Positions 23,090-34,852 of a stretch of 64,000 nt of DNA are shown one piece after another. A program made the translations under genes and the position numbers. The DNA is from Catajapyx aquilonaris (lineage: Eukaryota). The DNA is taken from NCBI GenBank assembly GCA_000934665.2, contig KZ538312.1, positions 1 to 64,000 of the forward strand. The letters run 5' to 3'. The stretch's first letter is position 1, and the number at the start of each line of letters is the position of its first letter. The notes beneath the pieces were generated by a model. That model did not search any database. It saw only the letters and a list, made by a program, of their open reading frames with translations, and was not told where the DNA came from.

Positions 23090-25103
23090 CGTCATACAAT
23101 GTGTTACGTACGTTATAATAATTTTTGCGAAGAAATCAAGACAACTACAAGTCTACAACAGCAGTTATGAAGGCACAATAAAGCACCGAGTTCTTGGGAG
23201 TGGCCATTCAAATGAACAGAAGCCACCAAGTCACGATTCACGAAAATGCCAAAATTAGTGTGCTTTTAAACTGGCACATTGTGTAACATGTCCACATCAA
23301 CAATGAATGGCAAGTCTAGTGCGCTGCCTGTCCTTCTCCAAACAAATCAAATATGCGTATGCACATGATAAAACCGTGTAATGTCCTCCACGGGTTTGTC
23401 GGGTTGGCCGCTTGGGGGTGACGTCACAAGGCTGAGATTTTGAATGCGGAACCTACGGCTACGGATTCTCGTCTCTCGACCAGGCACAGGCAGTCGCAGT
23501 CAACGGTCAAAAGGTGTGTGGAGCCGGTCGGCGTAGGTCTCTCTCTCTCGAAGGAAGGAAGCTGAACGAAGTGGTACACCGCTCCACGTTGGAAGGAAGG
23601 GGACTCTCTCTTTACACTTCAAGATGGGGGACGGTCCGCTGGTGGAGGAGGCGCTCAAGAAGTGCGAAGAGTGATCTGGTCCAGCGTCGGGTACCCGAAG
23701 GAGGCCCAGGAACAGAAGGGGGCCAAGCTGAGGGACGCTCTCAGGGTGAGGAGAGGAGGAGGAGGCCTCCAGGGGATTGGATTGGAGGGGGTTAAATGAA
23801 TAGTGGAAGCGGTACAACAGGAAAAACGGGTCATATGACTGCAAAATCTTGCAGAAAGCAAGCCACTTTGCACAAACATTCCATAGACCAATACGATCAA
23901 TTTGACCCGCAGCACCCTGACCTTGTGGGGTCAAATGGGGGCCATTTTTTTTTTTAAAAATTGTCATTTATTTTTTGTAAATTCCAAATTGCCTCTCCAT
24001 GGCAATGCTGGTGTCATTTCCGCATATTTCGAGGTCGACAAGTCGATTGGTAATATGAAGGAGGTCATAAGGTCACTACTTCGTGACCTGTGACCTCTAT
24101 TTTGAAATTACCCTACTGGGCTATGTCTAATGGCATTTGCGACTAAAAGGTGGCATGTGAGGTATCATTTAGATATAATTTGATGTCACTGAAACCGAAA
24201 ACGGCAATAAAAATTCGGAATAATGCATCCGGTGACCAGTGGGGCGCCATATTGGGTTTCAACTTAACCCCTTTGGTGGGGATATCCACCCGTAAGCGAA
24301 TAGTGAGACGTGTGTTTGGTATCCTTGTAGCATAATTCGAGGTCGCTAAGACGATGGGTCATATTCAGATGGTCCGAAGGTCACTAGTTTGTGACCTATG
24401 GCCGCCACTTTGAGATTATCATACCTGAAAATGTCTAAAGGTATTTGCATATGAATGATATTATGATGTGTGGCTTGTGAGGTGTCGATTACATATAATT
24501 TGCTGTCACTGAAACCAAATATGACGCTAAAATCTCGAATCATGCTTTCTGGGACCAGACAAGCACCATATTGGATTTCAACTGAAGCCCTTAGGTGGGG
24601 ATATGCACCCGTAAGAGAATAGTACACGTTCTTGGTGTCCTTACCACATTCCTTGCGATCGCTGCAGCCAGAAATGATACGTACCGTTACTTTGTACGTG
24701 ATGTCAAGTTTATTGATTTTAGGTTAGATAAACTTAATATTTCTTCTCTTTTCCTTGGTGAAATTGGTGTTTCTGGTCTCCACCGCTTAGAGCTAATTTT
24801 CTTCAACTCCTGAATATCTTGTACTGAAAAAATAATTGCTGTTACATTAGAATCTGAGAAGTCGCACAAAAAGTGCATGATATGCACTAAGATTTGACTT
24901 GCCTCTTGTTGCTGCATTCTCCTTTGCATTTCTTACAATATATTGAGAGTGCATGGCATTATGGCAATGACTTCCTCATGCAAATGCAGCGCATTGTGTC
25001 GCATTCTGAGGCGCATCCGCACCTATCGAGGGCTCAACAAACTGGCCAGATCTCGTCCTTATCGGACCACACAGGCGTCCATGTAGCTCCAGTACGTATC
25101 CAA

Positions 25104-25955
25104 CAAAAGCGGTACATAGCCGTCCACTCAATTGCTACGATGCTGGGACACAGGAAATGTGATGCTCTCAGTGCTTCCACGTGTTTAGTGGCTGCGATAC
25201 AATGTCTTTCTTCAGCTCCCGAGGGAAGAAGTCTGCATGGTGGAACGCGTGGATGGATGATAAGACCACTGATGCATTTGTGTCAATATTGTTACCAGGA
25301 TCTGCTCCGAATCAAGCTGTAATCCATGCTTTCGTGAGATATACAGTGCACATGTACGGCACCATAGACACTGGCGTTTCGGATGTGAATGCGGCACGCA
25401 AACATCTCTTCGCCACCGAAAACAAGCCAGTGACCCTTCCCACTGCAGCTGCTCTGAAGCAACATCAGGGTCTCAACTTTTTTGTCCGAACAATTATCGG
25501 AAATATTGCACTAAGCTGCTAATTTTTTTACCAGTGACTTGCAACCAGTGATGCCTCCCTGGCTTTATCAGTTGAGGGATGTGCCAGGAATAATGTTGGG
25601 GCATATTCTGGCTACATAGCTAGAAGATACATAAGCTTTTCCGATAACTGTTCGGACAAAAAAGTTGAGACACCGTGTATATTGAGAGCTGCATACCAAG
25701 CCGGTCATATTTGGGGCAGGGCAGACAGTCTTGACGCAGCAGGTCCACCGTCACCGGAGCACTGGGGTTGGATACGTACTGGAGCTACATGGACGCCTGT
25801 GTGGTCCGATAAGGACGACGAGATCTGGCCAGTTTGTCGAGCCCTCGATAGGTGCGGATGCGCCTCAGAATGCGACACAATGCGCTGCATTTGCATGAGG
25901 AAGTCATTGCCATAATGCCATGCACTCTCAATATATTGTAAGAAATGCAAAGGAG
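25104..25955 (+). pseudogene. Academ-type transposase C-terminal relic
   Basis: Motifs across frames: RYIAVHSIATMLG..KCDAL, FHVFSGCDTMSFFSSRGKKSAW, LPTAAALKQH/LRAAYQAGHIW, PSPEHWGW...WTPVW and the Cys-rich CGCASECDTMRCICMRKSLP. Frameshifted, has a stop, and is interrupted by a MITE. Confidence 0.8.
25466..25677. mobile_element. Tc1/mariner-like MITE inserted in the transposase relic
   Basis: TIRs CAGGGTCTCAACTTTTTTGTCCGAACA / TGTTCGGACAAAAAAGTTGAGACACCGTG. It splits the KQH|ILRAAYQ motif. Confidence 0.75.
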
Positions 25956-26462
25956 AATGCAGCAACAAGAGGCAAGTCAAATCTTAGTGCATATCATGCA
26001 CTTTTTGTGCGACTTCTCAGATTCTAATGTAACAGCAATTATTTTTTCAGTACAAGATATTCAGGAGTTGAAGAAAATTAGCTCTAAGCGGTGGAGACCA
26101 GAAACACCAATTTCACCAAGGAAAAGAACAGAAATATTAAGTTTATCTAACCTAAAATCAATAACATGACATCACGTACAAAGTAACGGTACGTATCATT
26201 TCTGGATGCAGCGATCGCAAGGAATGTGGTAAGGACACCAAGCACGTGTACTATTCTCTTACGGGTGCATATCCCCACCTAAGGGCTTCAGTTGAAATCC
26301 AATATGGTGATTGTGTGGTCTCAGAAAGCATGATTCGAGATTCTTAATGTCATTTTTGGTTTCAGTGACAGCAAATTATATGTAATCGACACCTCACAAG
26401 CCACACATCATATGCAAATACCTTTAGACATTTTCAGGTATGACAATTTCACAGTGGCGGCC

Positions 26463-26786
26463 GTGTCACGAGGTCTGGGTTGGCCGTGCCCAAGGACGGC
26501 CTTCGTCACCTGTCTTTTTACGGAGTTCAATACCTTCTTTCTGCTTAGCGGCAGACAAGGTATTATCAGTCCTAAACGCTTAGATGATTGAACTTATGTT
26601 GGACTGATGACTGGTGGTCTGAATGATTGACCTTGTGGTGGACTGGTGGTCTGGATGATTGGTGGCAGCCTGGTTGATGTTTTTCTTTTGTATTGGTTGT
26701 GTTGTTAATGTTGAATGAATGTTAATGTTGAATGAATGGGCTGTTGGGCCTTATATGGGCATGGTTGGTACAATAAATTCCGAATA
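26463..26786 (+). mobile_element. Insertion with a 10 bp TSD, probably a non-LTR retroelement 3' fragment
   Basis: AGTGGCGGCC is duplicated at 26453-26462 and 26787-26796. The insert is absent from the left arm and has AATAAA near its 3' end. Confidence 0.65.
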
Positions 26787-27604
26787 AGTGGCGGCCATAG
26801 GTCACAAACTAGTGACCTTAGGACCTTCTGAATATGACCCATCGTCTTAGCGACCTCGAATTATGCTACAAGGATACCAAACACGTCTACTATTCGCTTA
26901 CGGGTGGATATCCCCACCAAAGGGTTTAAGTTGAAACCCAATATGGCGCCCCACAGGTCACCGGATGCATTATTCCGAATTTTTATTGTCGTTTTCGGTT
27001 TCAGTGACATCAAATTATATCTAAACGATACCTCACATGCCACCTTTAATCAGAGGTTGTGTCTATCAATGTGGGTGTCGCCCATTTTATGAAAGTATCC
27101 AGTGGTGCTGGGATTGTAGCCAGCTTCACTTGGAGGAAGATCTATTTTTTTGCTACAGGTCATGTAATCAATAACTGCATTTGATTTCAGCATATGGTTG
27201 TAGTACTTTCGTGGCTCAAGTTAAAAAAAAAACAACATTGCCAGTAATAACTTGATACAATGAAACCTGTCCTTGACAGACTCTGATTATGGCGGAAACT
27301 TGTCCGCTGCGGATTTATTTCTGGGAACAGGCATAGGACATGCAATGTATTTTTTGACAGATAAAGCAGAAACTTTTTCCATTATGGAAATTTTGTTTAT
27401 TCCCACGTGATTCTACTATACACAGGCTTCACAGTATTTACCAGTGAGAAACATGACAGTCTGCGTACAAATAAGAGTCAGTTTGGTACTGGAGCGACAG
27501 TGAAATTTGACTCGGATGCTGCATAGCTGATCACATCAGTTGTCATCATTTTAAAAATGGTGCCTATTATTCAAATACAGTTCAAGTGTTTACAATAGTT
27601 AATA

Positions 27605-27845
27605 GCCGGCGCCGGTGGACTGGTGGTTAGTGCGCTCACCTCTGGTCCCAAAGTTGTGGGTTCGAACCCGGCCTAGGTCGGTGACTTTTCTCCGGGTGGT
27701 AGAAAAGTGAGAGTGCGACTTCCTTTGGAGGGGAAGTAAAGCCGTCGGTCCTGTGTGCTTGTGACATTGCACGAGTGCACGTTAAAGATCCCCAGAGTGG
27801 CCAAATTTCCAGGAGGAGGATAGTGCACTGAATGATGATGATGAT
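27605..27845 (+). mobile_element. tRNA-derived SINE, second family
   Basis: A-box-like TGGACTGGTGG and B box GGTTCGAACCC. Body GGAGGGGAAGTAAAGCCGTCGGTCC...CACGTTAAAGATCCCC as seen in arthropod SINEs. (TGA)n tail. Confidence 0.75.
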
Positions 27846-28455
27846 AACATAATCATCACCATTGTCATTAATATTAACCTTACCGTTTCTGTGCAGATTC
27901 TCGTCGATGAATTTGTGGCAGACACTCGCCGAGAGAAGGAGCAGATCGAAGAGAACATAGAGCACATGGGCCAGGCCATTACAAGATTGGAATGTGAACT
28001 TGGGCTGGAGAACTTTCAGGCGCGTGGGTTAACCTTGCTGGAGCGGCAGGATGAATTGCAGCATTACCAGGGTGTACTGCATGAAAAGAGGAAGAAGCTG
28101 CAGGTATCACATTTTGTCCTGTTTTGGATAAGTGTTGTGAAGTTAGAGAATTTGTTAATTTCAATTCGGTATAAATTCTTACGAATTCATTAATTTAGAT
28201 TACCACAATTTATTGCATAGAGAAAACTGGACACAGGCAAAGTTGTAAACTATTATCAAGCTAAATAGCCATTAAAACCATAAAAAATGCCAACCTCAAG
28301 TTCAGGTTAGAAAAATTATTTTCAATGCCATAAGAGAGTTTATGTATCACCTTGAAAGCAGATAAAAATGGTAGTGATGAAAATTTTAAGAATGAGCATT
28401 TAATGACTGCAACAGCATGCCAATACAGTACCCTGCATCAATGGCTATGCACAGA

Positions 28456-28792
28456 CATCGCCACCTGGCGGGATTGAGCGGAACTAGGCATCGGTGGGCT
28501 GTGTCCAAAATACTTTGATCTCAAGACTGCTCACGAGACCGCTCTAGACGGCTCAAGATATCGCGGTGGAGGCATTCGCGTGGTCCATGTAATAACTGGT
28601 TCACAACCTCAATACATTGATAGGAATCGCAATGGCCTTATAATTCATCCCGCATAATTATATATCTGTGATACGCTGTGATCCACCTTTGTAGCAAGAG
28701 TTTGAATCCACCGCAGTATCTTGGACTGTCCAAGTATTTTGGACACAGCCCACGGACGCCTAATTCCACTCGTTCTCGGACAGGTGGCGATA
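28456..28792. mobile_element. MITE with ~60 bp imperfect TIRs
   Basis: ATCGCCACCTG...GTGGGCTGTGTCCAAAATACTT and AAGTATTTTGGACACAGCCCAC...CAGGTGGCGAT. Confidence 0.7.
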
Positions 28793-29235
28793 TATGGAAA
28801 GGTCTGCACTTACACATCCAAGTTGTTGACAATCAATTTCCAAATCAAGTGCCATATGACAGTTTTTTAGACAGTGATGAACTCCATTGTTCACCACTGA
28901 ATTTTGGATGATAACCAGATTCCTCTCCTTTGTGTGTAAAATTTAGACAACACAAAATATGTTGGTGACACTTCATTGCAGGCACATCTTGCATTATAAA
29001 TTGCTTATTGGCTGGGTGTTCACATATTTGTAGAATGATACCGATGGTTTTTCTTTGCTTTGTAGGAGGAATCAGACGCTCTGCAAAAGGAGGAGTCCCG
29101 GTTGTATGCTCGCCTCTCTGGAGAGAACCACACTTGGATCCAGACCTGGACAACAGCATACCCCCTAAAGACAGGGCGTGAGTTGGCTGCCCTTCGTGAG
29201 AGGGTGGCTGCCCTCCATGCAGAAATCCTGAGGTA

Positions 29236-29824
29236 CAGTAAAACTTCTATAAGTCGAACTTCTCTATAAGTCGGAGAAAATTATGAGCTTGCTTGGTCAC
29301 AATGTAAAATAACAATAGGAAATAAACTTCCCTAACTCGAATTTCTATAACTGGAAGTTCTCTATAACTCGAAGTGCAGGCAGGGCCTTACGATGGGATA
29401 TCAATGCATTTTCAGTCTCCCTAAGTCGAAGTTCATGTTGGCGAGTATGGAAAATTTTCTCATTTCCCAGCCGAAGGGTCGAGAGTAGGCCACATGTACA
29501 GGAAGGCTCAATTTCCTGATCTCCGTCTACCAGGCGTACCAAAAGAAGTGTTTGACTCGATTGCGACAATTGAATCCTTGAATCTAAGAGTAGGCAAATG
29601 TCCATAACGGAGATTTCTTTTGCAACAAAGCAACGAGGAACCTTGTAAGTTTGATAGTGACAGTTATTTTTAAGTTTTGAACACCTTTTGTCCCTGGATA
29701 TAAAGGTAGACTTCCCTATAGTGTTATGTGCTTTAAAAAATTCCATACTTCTCTAACGCGAATCTTCTATAACTCGAGGTTTTTTTCCGGTCCCATGGAG
29801 ATTCGACTTATAGAAGTTTTACTG
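29236..29824. mobile_element. pogo/Tigger-like MITE
   Basis: TA-CAGTAAAACTTCTATAAGTCGAA ... TTCGACTTATAGAAGTTTTACTG-TA, with internal CTATAACTCGAA-type subterminal repeats. Confidence 0.85.
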
Positions 29825-31108
29825 TATTCTTAAATTAGTCTGAACTCGCAATTGCACAGTAATTGAAATGGTTTGTTATACTGTGGTAATAAGTGTAGAT
29901 TGACCTAACCGGCTATTACAGGTCAAGCTGGAACAAGAACAAGAGGAAAACAGGCGGCAAGTGGGCATTCTTTGGACCAAGCTGGAACGAATGTGGAGCC
30001 GACTTGGTCAGGAGCAACCATTGAAGTAAGCTGGAATTGAAGCAAGCTGGAACAAGAACAAGAGGAAAACAGGCGGCAAGTGGGCATTTTTTGGACCAAG
30101 CTGGAACGAATGTGGAGCCGACTTGGTCAGGAGCAACCATTGAAGCAAGAGGAAGTTGGTAATGGTCCGTCTGCCATTGGGCACTTGAAGCATGAGGTCA
30201 ATGCCCGTCTGCCCGATTTGCTCGAGAGTCGTTTAGAGGAAATTAATCGTCTGGCCAATGAGGCTTGCCTTGGAGATGAGCACCGGCCCTCATTCTTAGG
30301 TCGAAATGAGCCAACTCCCTCTGAGGGCTTACTGGCTGAATATGAAGCACACGTGACGCATCTGACAACATACTTGGAGAAATCGGCTCCCATTCGTGCA
30401 CTGATACGTAGCCATGAGGCTGCCTTCAACCCAGCAAGCCAACTTGAAGAGAGTGCTGCAGATCCTCAACGACTGTTTCAGAACCGCCGTGGTGAGCTCC
30501 TGGCTGAAGAAAAAGAGAGGAACCGAATCCAGAAGGAAGTGGCCCAAGTTGAGGGCTGAATTAGAGTCTGCCCTCAAGAAATGGGAGGAGGCGACAGGGG
30601 AGCCACTGAAGATCTGGGGGGAAGGTATGCTTCCATGGCATTGGATTTGATGTACCGAAAATTAGAGGAGGGAAAGGAGAACCGGAAGAGGGAGAGGCAG
30701 GTGGCTCAGCAGAGGCAGCTGGAGCAGGAGTCAAGGATGGGAACCACCCACTTGACGCCAGGTGTGAAGAGGGCTGCACAGGGAGCACCTTGGACTGACC
30801 AGCAGGTCAAGAGGAGAAGGGCTGATGTGACCAAGGCACCCAAATTGTAGCCTCCAGTAGGTTCTTTTCATCAATGTTAGGAGTTTTCGTCCAAAGCATG
30901 GGGTTTTTAAAAGGGTAAGTGCACTGCCCATTTGATGGCATCTAGCATGGTACTTTTTTATTTGCTCATAGTTGTACAAGCTTGTTGGTCCTTTTCCAAA
31001 ATGCCAGGTACTGCGAGCGAAGGAAGATTTTTTTGGGAGGGGAAAGGTGCAGATGCGAGGGAATGTCGTTTTGTGCAGTCCCCTGCGTGTTAATCGAGTG
31101 GAGATCCA

Positions 31109-32274
31109 CTCTTCACACCTGGCGTCAAGTTGGTGGTTCCCATCCTTGACCCCTGCTCCAGCTGCCTCTGCTGAGCCACCTGCCTCTCCCTCTTCCGGTT
31201 CTCCTCTAATTTTCGGTACATCAAATCCAATGCCATGGAAGCATACCTTCCCCCCAGATCTTCAGTGGCTCCCCTGTCGCCTCCTCCCATTTCTTGAGGG
31301 CAGACTCTAATTCAGCCCTCAACTTGGGCACTTCCTTCTGCATTCGGTTCCTCTCTTTTTCTTCAGCCAGGAGCTCACCAGGGCGGTTCTGAAACAGTCG
31401 TTGAGGATCTGCAGCACTCTCTTCAAGTTGGCTTGCTGGGTTGAAGGCAGCCTCATGGCGACGTATCAGTGCACGAATGGGAGCCGATTTCTCCAAGTAT
31501 GTCGTTGTCAGATGCGTCACGTGTGCTTCATATTCAGCCAGTAAGCCCTCAGAGGGAGTTGGCTCATTTCGACCTAAGAATGAGGGCCGGTGCTCATCTC
31601 CAAGGCAAGCCTCATTGGCCAGACGATTAATTTCATCTAAACAAGTCTCGAGCAAATCGGGCAGACGGGCATTGACCTCATGCTTCAAGTGCCCAATGGC
31701 AGACGGACCATTACCAACTTCCTCTTGCTTCAATGGTTGCTCCTGACCAAGTCGGCTCCACATTCGTTCCAGCTTGGTCCCCCCCTGATGGTATCTCCAC
31801 CTTATCGTGGTGGTGGGGTTTGCGTTTCTCCCGTGATCCCAAGAGCTATGCCGGCGGTAGCTTCGTCTACTGGTAGGGCCACCCATGCCGGACAGGTCTT
31901 TGGGATAGGAGACAGACTAAGAGAGATGCCAGTCTTTCCTCTCTTCTTTTTCCTCTTCGTTTCTCTCTCCATCTGTCCCACCTTTGCTTCTTCTTACAGC
32001 CAGATAGCCACAGTTGCTTTGGCTTCTTCCAAATAAACCAAACCTAACCAGCTTGGTCCAAAGAATGCCCACTTGCCGCCTGTTTTCCTCTTGTTCTTGT
32101 TCCAGCTTGACCTGTAATAGCCGGTTAGGTCAATCTACACTTATTACCACAGTATAACAAGCCATTTCAATTACTGTGCAATTGCGAGTTCAGACTAATT
32201 TAAGAATACAGTAAAACTTCTATGTCGAATCTCTATGGGACCGGAAAAAAACCTCGAGTTAGAGAAGTATGGAA
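31109..32274 (-). pseudogene. PRC1: Inverted duplicate of the PRC1 3' exon plus intron and MITE end
   Basis: Reverse complement of ~29741-30771 with the same peptide motifs. It carries its own 267 bp insertion and lacks the tandem duplication. Confidence 0.88.
31781..32047 (+). mobile_element. Short non-autonomous RTE-derived retroposon
   Basis: 12 bp TSD CCAGCTTGGTCC at 31769-31780 and 32048-32059. The 5' part CCACCTTATCGTGGTGGTGGGGTTTGCG...GAGCTATGCC...AGGGCCACCCATGCCGGACAGGTC resembles RTE/BovB 5' UTRs. The tail is AAATAAACCAAACCTAA. Confidence 0.7.
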
Positions 32275-33068
32275 TGCCAAGTTAACCCGACGGGGACTGT
32301 ACCAAATGACACCACCTACATAATCCACGTATATTGGCAGAAAGCCTGGGGTTGCATATGTGGTTGTGCCTTAGTGAATTTATAAATCTTCTATTGATCC
32401 AGCTTATTGTAAAGATCATTGTCATGCTTCAGTGTCTGCAGACACTGAAGCATGACAACCATGGTTCTGTCATTTTTCACCTTCCTTTTCTTTCTCTGTA
32501 ATAAAACTTCTATGGGTTCTTTGCAATGCCATTACAAATGTTGCTTCTTGCCTTTCCTTCCACTTCGTAGTTTTTCCAACACTTTTTGCCACAATCTCCT
32601 GCTTATGCATTGGTGAGTGTATATTGTTCCATGTACATTTCTTACTTTCCCTTTGAAAACTTGCCTGAAGAGAAAAAACCGATCAGGCGATCATGTTCCT
32701 GTTTCCAACCTCAGCTGTCAGTTCACGAGCAGCAACACGCACTGGGAATGCTTCTGCTAGGGGCCACTCTCCACGATTCTAGGCCTAATAATGTAAGATG
32801 AAAAACTGACACTTAGTTTTAATTTGCTATCTACATCCAGTATTGCAGATATCTACATTTGAAGTTTTCAATTTTTCTTATTAAAAATCACCACTTGTGA
32901 TGCCAGTAACATAGGTCAGGTCATTTTTGTTTAATTTTATCTATTCATCCATATGAAAACGAACAACGGTCATAGAGCAAATTTCTGGATGGGTTTGTCC
33001 TGACATACCGGGGGTATTCAACTAGTTTATGACAAGGTCCAGTATTTACCTCTCCTGGGCCATTGAAG

Positions 33069-34852
33069 CATAGCCCAGATCATCGAGACGCGGACGGAGG
33101 ACCCGAACATCCGGGAGAAGGTGCGGCAGGTGATGGACGTGACCAGCAAGTCTGAGGACGAGGTGTGCGCTGCCCTGCACGACTGCGACGGAGACGCCAC
33201 GACGGCCATCAACATGCTGCTGGAAGGAGACGGGCAGCAGGGAGAGTGGGAGCAGTCCAGGAGGCGGCGGAACAAGAACAGGGCCGCAAACTCCACCTCT
33301 GGTGCTGGCGGAGGAGCGGCCAAAGCTGGAGGAGGCACAAACACCAGCGATGCATCCTCGAACCAGGTAAGACCGGAAGAAATAACCGCTTCTGTCGTTT
33401 ACTGAACTTTTGCCTTTTGAGGCCACGCAGGTCAATTCCAACCACGCGGTGCCAACGCCACAGACTAACCACAACAGCAAGGAGGAGAGCTGGGATTCGG
33501 ACGACGGCGGCTCATCTGCCCCGGTGGCCGCACCTGTAGCGCCCGCTGCTTCGTCCACAGCTGAGAGGCATCATGTGAACGAGAGGGACCGTCCCGAGAG
33601 GAGTCGGAGCAGGGGAGGTGGTCCGCCTCGGATGAGGGGAAGAGGCGGCGGAGGTGGAGGAGGCGGCGGGGCCAACCAAGGATGTGAGTAAATTGCTGCA
33701 CTCTCCAGGTCACACTCTGTTTAAAATGTTTCAAGCTACGTGATGATTATCCAACAACCATTAACCGACTTTCGTTCATCTGAATCTTGTGTGATTTGTT
33801 CCTTCTCCCCTGTTGTTGCTAGACAACTGGGGAGATGACTTTCCATCTCCGGAAGACTGGGACAACGAGGAATACACCTGTCGCAAAGCATCGACTTGGC
33901 GGCCCTGCTGCAGAAGGGGGCAGCCCCGCCACCGCAGCCTTACGCCACCACCCTGCAGACGCTCAGCCAAGCGACGGATGCCCTCAAGGTACGCTGCGAT
34001 TAGCACCGGATCATCCAAAGTTGAGCTGCCACATGATGATTTCACGACAAAATAACCGACTTTCGTTCATCAGAGTCGCTGTGATCGAAATTGAAAATCT
34101 GATGGCATTAACAGCAATTGTGTCCTTGCTATGTGCTACGTACCGGAATTGATTGTAACCCAGCTTTTCCTTTTCAAGGCGGCGGTTGGCGTCGGGACAT
34201 CGTCGTTAGGCGGAAGCAACCTACCTGCGGCCACCTCCGTCAGCAGTACCTCTTCGTCTGGCCACCACAACGCAGTGTTCAATACGGCGACGTTTGCCAA
34301 CTCGTCTGTGACCTACCCCGGTGGGTTCGCGACCCAGAAGTTGAGCTCCTCCATCGTCCTTCCCAGTGGTCAGCGACCGAAGGCTCAAAGGGCGAGGGTC
34401 CCGCCGCCGTCAAAGATTCCGTCCTTGGCTGTCGAGATGCCCGACGATGCCGCAATATCGGGACTGGATGTGCAATTCGGCGCACTCGACTTTGGTGCCG
34501 ACATTCCGACGACCGCCCCGCCAAAGGTGGACTTTGGTGTGGACAAGTACGTGGCCTCCACGGCGCCTGTGTCGGTCTCAGCCACGACGACGGTTAGTGA
34601 AGCGGCCGTGACAATCGGGAAGTCTGTGCCGACCCTTGACGTGTACTCGGCGGCGCCGGTGGTGTCGTCGTCCACACAGCCGCAGGGTGTTGTGAGCGTG
34701 GCGAAGGATGTGGCGTCTCTTCCGCCAGGACTCTCGACGAAGGTTGGTTCACAGCTTTCTTTTGCCAATGAATGCGAAACTAACAATCATGTGCTGTAGC
34801 CTTTGCAGATGGGCATTTCCGACGGCGTTGCGTATGCAGCGGTGTCAAGCAG
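33069..34852 (+). pseudogene. lig: lingerer (UBAP2/UBAP2L family) truncated, internally deleted copy
   Basis: UBA-like KVRQVMDVTSKSEDEVCAALHDCDGDATTAINMLLEG, RGG segment, FPSPEDWDNEEYT and [18 protein letters not shown]...[11 protein letters not shown]. Exon blocks at ~33069-33366, 33422-33683, 33823-33988, 34179-34742 and 34810-34852. No start exon, a frameshifting deletion after EEYT, and no C-terminal half. Confidence 0.82.

Larger units (their letters stand above)
23801..27047. mobile_element. Defective fold-back Academ-type DNA transposon
   Basis: Starts TAGTGGAAGCGG. Inverted arms at ~24145-25103 and ~25767-27047 flank a central transposase relic. The right terminus is missing. Confidence 0.75.
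27897..30850 (+). pseudogene. PRC1: PRC1/Fascetto (MAP65/Ase1 family) partial, disrupted copy
   Basis: Exon-like blocks at 27897-28103, 29066-29232 and 29922-30850. Hallmark DPQRLFQNRRGELLAEEKERNRIQKE.PKLRAELESALKKWE. Lesions: in-frame stop at 30027, a tandem duplication with 119 bp period, frameshifts at ~30541 and ~30620, exon phase mismatch and no 5' exon. Confidence 0.85.

Noticed and set aside
30625..30665. A 41 nt GT-AG mini-intron that would restore the PRC1 frame
   Set aside because: It is very short, and the skipped sequence reads as PRC1-like coding in the shifted frame, so a frameshift is more parsimonious.
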